From: Mytilus trossulus
Lineage: Eukaryota
DNA: 64,000 bases
Direction of reading: 5' to 3'
Assembly (NCBI RefSeq): GCF_036588685.1
Contig: NC_086382.1
Span: 496,001 to 560,000 of the forward strand
Shown here: positions 25,147 to 36,733 of the stretch, piece after piece
Layout of the letters: each line of letters opens with the position of its first letter
Position numbering within the stretch: position 1 is the stretch's first letter
The notes under the pieces: model-generated
Database searches by the model: none
Told to the model about the DNA's origin: nothing
What the model saw: the letters and a program-made list of their open reading frames with translations, nothing else
Made by a program: the position numbers and the translations under genes

Positions 25147-25976
25147 ATAGAAATTTATAATATGCATCGCAAAACACATAAGCCGGCCGGGCATCAAAAG
25201 GAAATTGATATTAAGCCTGCAAAAAATCATATTTCTCCCCTTCCCCCAAATAGACAATGAAATTGTCGTCATTTGTATTGTGTATGCAGAAAAAAAGTAA
25301 ACACAGATACATTTTGGAAGTCTTTTCCAAGGTACCAAATAAAAAGAACATAATGGTAGCTTTTAGCTACTAGTATTTAGATGCCGTAAAATGATAGCAG
25401 CTACATTTTTAAAAGCTCAACATTTGTATATTCTTTCCTTTTTACATCTGTCAATTTTATTTTCTTCACGTATTCGAATATTGCATCATCTTTAGCGATA
25501 AATGGCAATGATGTAGGTTTAAGGTATATTATTAGGTGTTTTGCATACAGTATAATTGTTTTGTCTTTTCTGTTTTTCGTTTTTTGCCAGGGGTTTGTCA
25601 GCCTCATTATCATTGGTCAGTTCTGGTTGTTTCTTTGACATCTGCTGGTTCTCTTGTATCTAATGCTGACAATGTATCTTATCTACGCTAAAATTAAGAC
25701 ATAACTCTTAATTTTAACCTCTTCCAGGGTAGCAAAACCTACGTTTTAGCAAAATGAACAATTTGAAATACTTCATCTCATATTTGTTTTCTCTCTCTCA
25801 ATAAACTAACAAACAATTTGAACTACGTTCATTGAATTAAATCTTTGGGGCATTGCTATCTCAGTCCACGGAACTATATCTTGGATTGATCGATGATCTG
25901 TAATGGGCATTTACAGTTTTTTGTATCGATATATTATCCTATTTTACTTTTAACATCTTATACGATTTGACAGTTC

Positions 25977-26694
25977 TGTGACAGTGGAAAAAGCAGCTTC
26001 GTTTAATATTTAGGACTTTAATATTTAATTCTCAATTTTGATATTTTAGTCATTAATTATCTGTGTTTTATTATCCATTATATTTTATAATATCATTTCT
26101 ATTTACATTTTGTATCCAGGACTTAAAATCAACATTCTTTAATATGCATTTAATTCTCAGTTTGGACATTAAGTGACATGTTTCAATCGGTTAGCTAATT
26201 AGTGACATTTTACCTTATTCATAATGTATATTCTTAATTGTCATTCAGTCAGGCTCTTGTTGCACGACCTCATAATCAGATTATCATTTAATATCTATTC
26301 TTCAAGTTCTAAAAATAGTTTAATCTTTGTCAGTGAACAATATCACTCAAATTAATTGTTATTTTGTTATGTCTATACTTGTCAATTCAATTGTGTATAA
26401 ATACTTGCTTATAATTTTTATAAGCAAGATTCGGACTCAGGACTTTACCCTGAACACAGTCCATCCGTAATAAAAGTATTAGTATTCCATGCTGAATTAT
26501 TGGTTTATTCATCGCTAGTTCCAGAGTCTCAGTAGTTAGTTTTCACCAGAGTTTCAGTGTCAGAGTTCTCATTGCTATTCACAGCAATCATTCGTTGTAT
26601 GATCAGGTGCATCACACAATTTCCGTAACAAGAGGCCATTCAGTCAGGCTCTTGTTGCACGACCTCACAAGTCACCCTTATTTCCCCGGTGACA
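25977..26694 (+). repeat. 5' LTR (718 bp)
   Basis: Identical by eye to 27710-28398 except for a 29-bp insertion. TATAAATA at 26396, AATAAA at 26469. Confidence 0.95.
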
Positions 26695-26801
26695 GATTGG
26701 TGGACGACGACGGCGTGCTGACTTCTATGCTCAGCACACGATCCAGAGACCTCAGGCAGCCAAGCGAGTTCCCAGACAAGTAGCGTAAACAATATTCAGT
26801 G

Positions 26802-27560
26802 ATGGAGTACAGCTTCCGACCACAATGGAGACCATGGAACATTCAGTCAGGTTACAGTCCAGCATGTGGGAGGTGTGGCAAATTTCACAAACATTATATT
26901 TGTAACTCTATCAATCAGAGATGTTATTCGTGCGGAAAATTCGGACATTATTCTAGAAAGTGTTTTTCTAAAGTTACAAAGGACAGCAAAAGTAAATCAG
27001 TTAGTGTGAAATCCAGAAAACAGAAAGAGCGCGATACAGCTAGGATAAACAGCTATATTCAGTGTAAAAATATTATCCGTGCTTTACCATTCTCTGGTAT
27101 GCGTAATTCACCGTTTATTCAATATTTGGATATTTCAAATGTGCTCAAAGCAGAATTAAAAAGTGTGAAACAGAAAATTACCAAGGAAAAGAATACAAAT
27201 CTACAACAGCAAAAGTGCATCGAGGCACTCAAAATTCAATTAAAGAATAAGCAAATCATCGTATCAGAAAGAGACCAGTTCAAGCAAGAACTTGAAAACC
27301 TGCGTCAACAGAAAGAAGAAAGTGCTTCGCGCATAAACGTACAAGAATATGTGGATCAAATTCAAGAATTAAAGGACCAAGTAATCGAAAAAGACGGGAC
27401 TGTTAAAATGGTGCAAGATCTTTACTATATGCGTTCGACCGAGTTTACAGATGAAATCCAATCATTGAAAAATGAAAAACAAGCTTTGGAAAAAGAAAAG
27501 GCAGACCTATGTTCAAAGGTAAATTTTCAAGCGGATTCTATTTCTCAATTAACTTTTTAA
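26802..27560 (+). CDS. LTR-element ORF: two zinc knuckles, basic region, long coiled coil (frame continues past the TAA to 27668)
   Basis: ATG at 26802. CGRCGKFHKHYIC and CYSCGKFGHYSRKC (CX2CX4HX4C). Heptad-like E/K/Q/L-rich C-terminal half. In-frame continuation LQDLNHELHLVSRQNQQRPNNNNRHYNNRRGGRFR*. Confidence 0.8.
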   Translation: MEYSFRPQWRPWNIQSGYSPACGRCGKFHKHYICNSINQRCYSCGKFGHYSRKCFSKVTKDSKSKSVSVKSRKQKERDTARINSYIQCKNIIRALPFSGMRNSPFIQYLDISNVLKAELKSVKQKITKEKNTNLQQQKCIEALKIQLKNKQIIVSERDQFKQELENLRQQKEESASRINVQEYVDQIQELKDQVIEKDGTVKMVQDLYYMRSTEFTDEIQSLKNEKQALEKEKADLCSKVNFQADSISQLTF

Positions 27561-27709
27561 CTTCAGGACCTTAACCATGAACTCCATCTTGTATCCCGCC
27601 AAAACCAACAGCGTCCCAATAACAACAACAGACACTATAACAACCGCAGAGGAGGCCGATTCAGATAGTGCTAAGTCCGAGGACGGACTTAATTGGGAGG
27701 AGAGGCATA

Positions 27710-28398
27710 TGTGACAGTGGAAAAAGCAGCTTCGTTTAATATTTAGGACTTTAATATTTAATTCTCAATTTTGATATTTTAGTCATTAATTATCTGTGTT
27801 TTATTATCCATTATATTTTATAATATCATTTCTATTTACATTTTGTATCCAGGACTTAAAATCAACATTCTTTAATATGCATTTAATTCTCAGTTTGGAC
27901 ATTAAGTGACATGTTTCAATCGGTTAGCTAATTAGTGACATTTTACCTTATTCATAATGTATATTCTTAATTGTCATAATCAGATTATCATTTAATATCT
28001 ATTCTTCAAGTTCTAAAAATAGTTTAATCTTTGTCAGTGAACAATATCACTCAAATTAATTGTTATTTTGTTATGTCTATACTTGTCAATTCAATTGTGT
28101 ATAAATACTTGCTTATAATTTTTATAAGCAAGATTCGGACTCAGGACTTTACCCTGAACACAGTCCATCCGTAATAAAAGTATTAGTATTCCATGCTGAA
28201 TTATTGGTTTATTCATCGCTAGTTCCAGAGTCTCAGTAGTTAGTTTTCACCAGAGTTTCAGTGTCAGAGTTCTCATTGCTATTCACAGCAATCATTCGTT
28301 GTATGATCAGGTGCATCACACAATTTCCGTAACAAGAGGCCATTCAGTCAGGCTCTTGTTGCACGACCTCACAAGTCACCCTTATTTCCCCGGTGACA
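27710..28398 (+). repeat. 3' LTR (689 bp)
   Basis: Begins tgtgacagtgg after the PPT, ends cccggtgaca, followed by TSD gttc. Confidence 0.95.
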
Positions 28399-29769
28399 GT
28401 TCCCAGAAGTAGTAAAATTATTGATGATCTGGATGGCGGATTTTCATTTTTGTATTTTGTATTTTAGGCCTATTTTTTTCTTATATCTTTAATTATTTTG
28501 CCCATTATTTCCTATTTTTTTAATACTATAGTAACAAAATTTGCGCTTTTCTATAGTCTTTCTTTGTTTGGCTCTTTATTCTATAGTCTTAATCCGATTT
28601 TTCTTTTCGGTACCCCCCCCCCCTCTCCCCCACCCACAGACCCTCTTTGAACGAAAGGGAAATATAGAGCTTTTAAACTGTAATAATTCCATGACATAAC
28701 TGGTTGTTATAGTTTAAGCAAAGTTATGACTTTTTCCCTGCATTCACCCGTTTTTATTGTGTGTTTTTTGTTGTTGTTTGCTCCAAGTCAAGTTGCAATG
28801 CATTTACAAAAGAGATTGATTGTTTTATTTCGAATACTATTTCTCAATGAATATCAAAGTTAAGAGGGGTTAAAATGGAAACACAGACTTATCCTTTTTT
28901 TATACAAAATTATGAGCATACATTTTGTAAAGATATACTAGAATTTGGTTTCAGTCAGAGAAGATTTGATGAGTGTATGTGCATTGGTTGGTGGGAACCT
29001 ATGAAAGCAGAAACTGAAAGTAATGAATCGAGAACACAATCATTACATGGATATAACTACTTCAGGTTAAAAATGTATATAACGCATTAATAATTTTCCA
29101 TAACGATATCTACTTCTAACTCTTCTAGATATGCTGTTACCAACTGTATGTATTTATAGAAATAAATATTTAATTGCATTTCGTAAAAATATTCATTGGA
29201 AGATACCAAGACCCTGTTGATAAACATTCCGTATCAACTTCACAAATAATACACGATGGTCTTGAAGTTCTGAGTTGTTTATCAATTCAATAAAGTTTTA
29301 TAGCATTCTTTTATTGTCATTTTGAATATTACTTCTAATGTCTAGTGTATTATTTGTGAAATCCGTTTGACGTGGCTCGGTACTTGTATATCCCATTATT
29401 TTTTTATTGTGCTATCATGGTTAGTTTTTGTATTTTTGTCTTTTTGAGATTTTTTGTTACATAATTTTTTGTTTTTATAGTGATTAAAATTATAACAGAA
29501 TGTTGACTGTTGTACCTCTAATTTGACATTTTTTGACGTATTATGTCTTCTACATAAGAAATGCATGCACTAAGTCAGGAGTTGTTAATAATTTGTTTGA
29601 TGTGTTAGATCTTTTAATTTTACAACTAGTATGTACTTTCCGTTTTGAATTTTCTGATTTTACTTTTTGCATGAAATTGGTTGAATAATATTGCAGACAC
29701 AAAAGCTTTATGGAACAATTTAAAGATATGACAGGACAAGACAAATACATGTATGCCTAGTATTTCGAA

Positions 29770-30060
29770 AGGCTATCTAGACACTTCTTAGGATTGCCTC
29801 AGTACCAATCTGATCAATGACATAATTTTTAATTTTATCATACCCTTCAAGTCGTTAAAATGGATGCGTTCGCAAACTCTTCAATTATTTCACCATCTTG
29901 CTGCCGCACATACTGCAACTCACGTCTTTCCTACTGAAACGCTGCCTCAGTGCTTTTCTTAAAATCATTGCAATCATCGTTCATGTTGACTTTTCTTGCA
30001 TATTCTAAATCCACATCTGCTAGACAGTCCAATACTATAGTCGGCAAACTTTCTTCCTTT
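29770..30060 (-). pseudogene. Degenerate Ty3/Gypsy-type gag (capsid) fragment
   Basis: Frame-switching translation gives VLDCLADVDLEY, KALRQRFS and RRELQYVRQQDGEIIEEFA. The last resembles the retrotransposon-gag QxxxExxxEF motif. Confidence 0.5.
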
Positions 30061-30519
30061 TTTTCCACTGTCTGTTATAGCTGCCTGTCGTTCTTTCAAT
30101 TTGATAGATGAAGGCTTTTCAAGTAAGGAATCTTCTTCCTGAAATACTTGAGTTTTAGGAAACTGAGGACTTCTGCTCCAGTCCCTTACCTTGAAATTTT
30201 CCTGCCATCTTGGATACTCCCTTTCAATATGAATCCGAGTAATATCTGTGGCTTCCTTCCTGTTGCTTTTTGTGGTGTGAACTAGACCTATCATGCAATA
30301 TGCTCATTTTGCTTTTGTGACGGGCCTGCCGACGAAACGACGGCTGTCATCGCGAATCAAAAACGTGTCGGTTGTTGTATCATTGAATCGATATTACTGC
30401 TGTATACAGTTGGTCCATACTGCACAAAGGAAGCTGCTTGTGACTCGCTTACTGTGTTTTTGTTAGATATATTTCTGATTGTATCCCTCTGATGGGTTAA
30501 TATAAAAAAGAAAATATAA

Positions 30520-31480
30520 TATGATTGCCAATGAGACAATCCTCCACAAGAGACCAAAATGACACAGAAATTAACTACTACAATAGGTCACTGTACAGCC
30601 TTCAACAATAATCAAAGCCCAAAGTGCATAGTCAGATATATAAGGCCGCGAAATGACAATGTAAAAAAATTCAAACGAAAAAACTAGCGGCATAATTTAT
30701 GTACCAAAAATAAACGAAAAACAAATATGTACCATAGAAACAAACGACAACCACTGATTTACAGGCTCATGATTTGGGACAGGCACATACATAGAGAATG
30801 TGGCGGGGTTAAACATGTTGGCGGGATCCCAACCCTCCCTCGAGCCTGAAACAGTGATGTAACTAAACAACATAAGAACGAATTATAAAAAATCAGTTGA
30901 AAAAGGCTTCACCTATTAGGTGGATACAAATACAAATACTAAAAATAAAAGTGGATTTAGACGGGTACTTGTACGTCCAAACAACAAAAAGACAGTAAGA
31001 CTAAGTACAGATCTGAGAATACTCACAGTTACTGACATCTACAAACAACTAATACAAAATTGCTGCTAAGACTAAATTATCAGCCTTTTTCAACTGATTT
31101 TGTAAAGTTCGTTCTTATGTTGTACTTGTTACACCGTTGTCCCATGTTAGGGAGAGTGTTGGGATACCGGTAATATGTTTACCTCGCCTTATACTGTATG
31201 TATGTGCCTATCTAAAGCCAGGAGCATGTAATACAGTTGTTGTCGTTTTTTGATGTGTTACATGTTTGTTTTTCATTCATGTTTTGTACATAAATTAGGC
31301 CGTTAGTTTTCTCGTTTGAATTGTTTTATACATTTACAATTCCGGGCTTTTTAAAGCTGACTTTGCGGCTTTGTTCATTATTGAAGACCGTACGGTGACC
31401 TATAGTTTATAATTTGTGTGTCATTTAGTCTATTGTGAAGAGTTGTCTCATTGGCAATCATACTTCATCAACTTTTTTTT
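30520..31480. repeat. Head-to-head inverted pair of ~400-bp dispersed repeats with ~170-bp spacer
   Basis: atgattgccaatgagacaa...aaatcagttgaaaaaggct (30520-30908) is mirrored by agcctttttcaactgattt...ttgtctcattggcaatcat (31082-31461). Confidence 0.75.
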
Positions 31481-31505
31481 ATAATATATGCTAGCATACG
31501 TTCAA

Positions 31506-31832
31506 GCACAGGCACTTTTTTCTATCCATTCGAAGACCCACTATCAACGTATATTTACAAAAAGGTACAAAACTATTTTTTCACCTATCCGCTTAAAACA
31601 CTTATTTCTCTGTCAATTCAGTCTCAATTGTTTGCACGACAGTGCCACTACAACATATCATCTGAAAGATAAACTTTTCATCAATCGAATGGTGTATGGA
31701 ACAAAGGATTTGAGACTGAATTGACAGAGAAATAAGGGTTTTAAGCGGAGAGGTGAAAAAATTAGTTGGGTACCTTTTCGTAAATATACGTTGATAGTGG
31801 GTCTTCCAATGGATAGAAACGAGTGCCTGTGC
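31506..31832. mobile_element. Foldback MITE with ~125-bp TIRs
   Basis: gcacaggcact...cccactatcaacgtatatttac...ttatttctctgtcaattcagtctcaa and its reverse complement ending agtgcctgtgc. Flanks gttcaa / attcaa suggest a 6-bp TSD with one mismatch. Confidence 0.85.
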
Positions 31833-34800
31833 ATTCAAGTGTTTTGTTTGTGTATTGAAAAGTGATATCTAACACATATCAAAAGGAATGGGAGAAAAGG
31901 AGGGATAGGGTTAGCTTGGGTTGTTTGATATTCACAGACCGTTGATGTATTCCTGAACTAAGGAGGGATATACATCTTAAGTGTACCTGTATTTTGTACA
32001 GAACGTCAAGGTCATTTTGAAACCCATGAGTATTTTTGACAGATGTAATCAGGTACACACTCGCTCGGGCAAAAGTAATCACGAATATGATGCCTACTCA
32101 TGTTAAAACTACAAAAAAGTATAGCATGGACCAATTATTTCTTAATTATACTGGCTGTGCTCTCATTTTATATGTAAATGTTAATGCATCGTAACATTTA
32201 TTCAGTACTTTAAGTTTAAAATGCAATTTCATTTTTATTTTTCAGTTTTTTACCATTTGTCAGAACCGTATGAGTGTAAATACTAGCACCTGAAACTTGT
32301 TCTGTCTAGAACCAGCATCCGGTATAACTAACTGGATGACAGTAGTAAGTCGTAAATGGAAAGGAGACCATCATATCCTATACAAAGAACAATTACAGAC
32401 ATGTATATACAAAGCAGTGGTGAACCTATCTGACTAGAATGGTATTGGTTCATTGGGCACCTTTGCTGTTGAATATGAGAAACCTGAACGCCCAGACTGT
32501 TGACACTGTTGCCATTTGGTCAGGAATTGGTACGTGACAAGATTAATCTAGCTTTTTGAATCCTAAAACCGCGTCCTTTTTATCTGCTGAACATTAACTA
32601 ATGTTTAAGAATTTGTTTCATTTGGTTCATACAGATACATATGTATATTTATTGGATTTCTTTCACCTGAACGGAGAACAAATGATATATATCATCTAAA
32701 GACAACTTTATCATCTAAGCAAGAGCTAATAAATACACATACGTAACGACATAGAAAAATGGAGACAAACATCATTTATAGAGAGCATATAAAATGACTA
32801 AGGCTAATCAAGCATAAAAATATTCAAAAGGAAAACTAACAGTCAAAGTATCAGATTAATGTCTGGATCAGATCAGGAGAATGATCAGTGTTTTGAGAAT
32901 AACAAAGTTCTTGGTTTTGTTCCCAATAGGAACAAACGTTGTCCTTTGCTTATTGACTAGTTCTGTTATTTCAATGATTTTGTTTAAGTGTAGTTTTTTT
33001 TGGGGTCAAGTTTTTTCTGTAATCATCATGTTTACTGTATCTCTTTGACTTAATGGTTTTGATATCGCCTTGGGTTCTCATCTTCTCTTTTATGCAGTTA
33101 TTTTACGTTTGACCAGTTAAAAGATGAACAATAAGACATGAGAGATGACCTCAATTTTTATTTTGTAAACCCTCTTTTTTGTATTAAAACACTCCATCAG
33201 CTACTGGTTTTATAATCCTGGTACCTTTGATAACTATTTGGAAAATATATCTCACAACAAAAGGAGCGATAACAGCGTCTTAAGGCCTAATTAATTTGCT
33301 GGACACATATCTTCAGTTAGCAATAATGTTCAATACTTTGAAAAATAGCCACCAAGAATGAATTACAAATTCAATTCGTTTTATAAGGTTTCGGTGTACA
33401 AGATTTTGGCCTGAAACATCGCCATAAGGACATAAATTGTAAAACGTGTATCAAATGCAGTAAAATTGATACCTTTTTATGTGGTTTCAAAGATTTATCT
33501 CCTTATCGCAGCGGCGGATTCACAGAGGGGTGCCCAGAGGACGTCATACATTTGATCGGAAAATATCTTATTTCGGCAGTTATTTGTCAAAACATATGTA
33601 CGCTTCCATCCGTTCTACATTTTATATTTTATATAGATAAGATATATGAACACTTTATGGAAAAACCTTCCTTTTTCAAATATTCTGGATCTGTCCTTGA
33701 GTGTCCAAAGAAAATAAAAATAAAAAAAAACCAAACGATCTTTACTCTAGTGGAACATAACATATGCCAAAGAAATACACTTCCTGTGCATCATTGATGA
33801 ATCTTTGAAATGAATTCGACATTTTCGGAAACACACTTATCGTAACTTATCTTTTGAACGGGAAATACATATGATATGAACATTCCTGTCATTGTCAACA
33901 TGTGTTTGTCAAATCAATCTCCGAAAGGTAAAACTTGATAAATATAATATAACAGATAACAATGTAAAGTGATAACGTTCAATTGATATCTTTATTTGTA
34001 AATTTTGGCTGCAGAGATAGATCTGTCAATTCGGACCATAAACAAAACAAAAAAGATGGTAACGAGTGTGGAATAGGTGAAGCAAAAGGTAAGTCACATT
34101 AATTTAGTGATCTCCCTTTTATCAACTTTCCCCTTGGCAAGTCTTTAAATGTTTTGCAGCACCGATATGACCTTTACACACGCCACACCTGTTGATTTAT
34201 TGATTTATTGATTTTTGTTTGCTCACATATTGTTGTCAATATAAATGAGGAATGTGTCAAAGAGACAACAACCCGACCAAAGAAAAAAACAACAACAGAA
34301 GGTCACCAACAGGTTTCAATGTAGTAAGAAATTCCCGCACCCGGAGGCGTCCTACAGCTGGCCCCTAAACATATATACTAGTTCAGTGATAATGAACGCC
34401 ATACTACTTCCAAATAGTACACAAGAAACCAAAATTAAAATAATGCAAGACTAACAAAGGCCAGAGGCTCCTTACTTTGGACAGGCGCAAAAATGCGGCG
34501 GGGTTAAACATGTTTGTGAGAACTCAACCCTCCCCATATACCTCTAGCCAATGTTGAAAAGTAAACGCATAACAATACGCACATTAAAATTCAGTTCAAG
34601 AGAAGTCTGAGTCTGATGTCAGTATACACTATAACTAAATATGACTATCATAAAATCAAGTTTAGGCCACCATTTTCGTTTTAAGGATATACCTATAACA
34701 AATCATCACCAGACAACTGTTTGATGTGTTTGAACGTTTAAATTTGCTATTTTGAAAAGGACTTTCTCCCCTTTGGAATTTTTCCTTGGTATTGATAGTA

Positions 34801-35838
34801 TATTTGTTATTACTTAAAACATGTTATATATCTGATTATGCAATAGCTACTACGATTATGGACAATTGAAACAGTTTACTTATCTTTTGTAAATAAAGGC
34901 AACAGTAGTATACTGCTGTTATGTATGCAAGTACTTAGTATATCGTTTAGTTGTACGACGGGAACAGCTGCACGACAATGTTGCTCAAAGAACACACCGA
35001 GACGTTCACAAATGTAATTTAATAGATATATCAAGATGTGGTATCGTTTCCAATGAGACAACTCTCCATCCAAATAACAATTCATAAAAGTAAACCATTA
35101 TAGGTAAAGTTATGGCCTTCAACACGGTGCCCTGCTCACACCGAACAACAAGCTATAAAGACACCCAACATTACTAGTGTAAAACCATTCAATAGGGAAA
35201 ATCAAATGGAAATGGGATATCCAGCATTACAGTAACTAGTTTATTTGTCCAATACTCAGTAAAAACGTCACAGCAAAAAGAAAAAGAACGAAAAACAAAA
35301 ATCAGAAAGTGGAACACAGAAAAGTAATGATTGAACAAAACGAAAAAGACAAAAAATTGGTGAATTAAGATGCAACACAACGGCAAACTGATTCAGCTCT
35401 ATTCATGAAAGATGTGGTAGTGTGCTTATGTAAAGAAATTTTCGAAATAATTATTATTAATCAATAGTTTTATTATATATACTTTTGAGTTCATCAGTTC
35501 GTCTATTATCTTGTGCAATCGTATTTTGTTATATCTTCCTAGTACTGTAGTGCTCTTTTTTTTGGTTTATTATTGGTCATATTTTATTGTGTTCAAACTT
35601 GTATTAAACTTTGTGAATATACAATACAGTATCCACATTCAAAATGAATATATATATCTTCCTATATCTTTATATTGTTTATATTATGGATACCAGTTCC
35701 ATATAAATCAGGTCGGGAACGAATATTTCTAAACCTTTGATATTTGCACATTTCCCCTTTAGATTGAATCTGAAAGAAAATGTATTTTGAATTAGTTAGA
35801 AAGATTGTGCATGAATGAAAGGATATTATTTTATAATA

Positions 35839-36733
35839 AGGGACATTAGCTACGAGATGCATAACAGATTTGAATTATGATTTTTTTTTGTTCATTCATT
35901 AATGAATGTGAAAAAGTAAAATCATAATTCGCCTTTAGCAGCTAGTATTGTTCAATTTTGTCAAAATAAGCTAAAACATTGATGGTGAATAATTCACTTG
36001 CAAGTGAATAATTCGACCTCATTGAATCCGTATACATGTGAACTTCAGTTTAACCCATTAAATAGAGATGTATCACACATGATTTGTGCGTGTTTGTTTA
36101 AGAAAATAAAAGAATAAAATATTGAAATTGAAACAAAGGTGAACATTTTGATTGACTGATTTGATTCACAAAAAAATCATTCTTAAACAGGCCAAATAAA
36201 ATAAAAATTCTTAACTTATAAGACGACATCAAACAGACATAGAAAAATACATTTGCACGAGGTTGTTATCTATTTATTTTTCTGTTTCTGTTTATATCGT
36301 GTTATTTGACCGTTGGAAGCTTTAGGGGTAATATCGATAGTTAAATAAACTCATCATAGATACCAGGACTAAAATTTGTATATACGCTAGACGCGCGTTT
36401 CGTCTACAAAAGATGGCGTCTAGACTAAAAATACACACGAAATTATGATACATATGTATAATCTAGTATGTTTATTCAAGACTTATTATAATTTGGATAT
36501 CTGTTTAAATATATTATAAATCAGATAGGGGAATTTGAGTCAAATCGGTGAATATCATTTTGACAGCTAGTGTCCCTTTATTATTTTGACAGCTAGTGCC
36601 CCATTATTATTTTGACAGCTAGTGCTCCATTATTATTTTGACAGCTAGTACCCCATTATTAGTTTGACAGCTAGTGCCCAATTATTATTTTGACAGCTAG
36701 CGCCCCATTATTGTTTTGACAGATAGTGCCCCT
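35839..36733. mobile_element. Kolobok-like non-autonomous DNA element whose right end is amplified as a 26-bp tandem repeat x7
   Basis: Left agggacattagct, right agatagtgcccct followed by ttaa. ttattttgacagctagtgccccatta is repeated over 36555-36733. Confidence 0.7.

Larger units (their letters stand above)
25977..28398 (+). mobile_element. Non-autonomous LTR retrotransposon, 2422 bp, recent insertion
   Basis: 5' LTR 25977-26694 and 3' LTR 27710-28398, both TG...CA. TSD gttc at 25973-25976 and 28399-28402. PBS-like tggtggacgacgacgg at 26698, PPT gggaggagagg at 27695. No pol sequence. Confidence 0.95.

Noticed and set aside
25977-28398. Simple tandem duplication or DIRS/Ngaro split-repeat element
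   Set aside because: TG..CA ends, PBS, PPT and a 4-bp TSD indicate an integrase-type LTR insertion.
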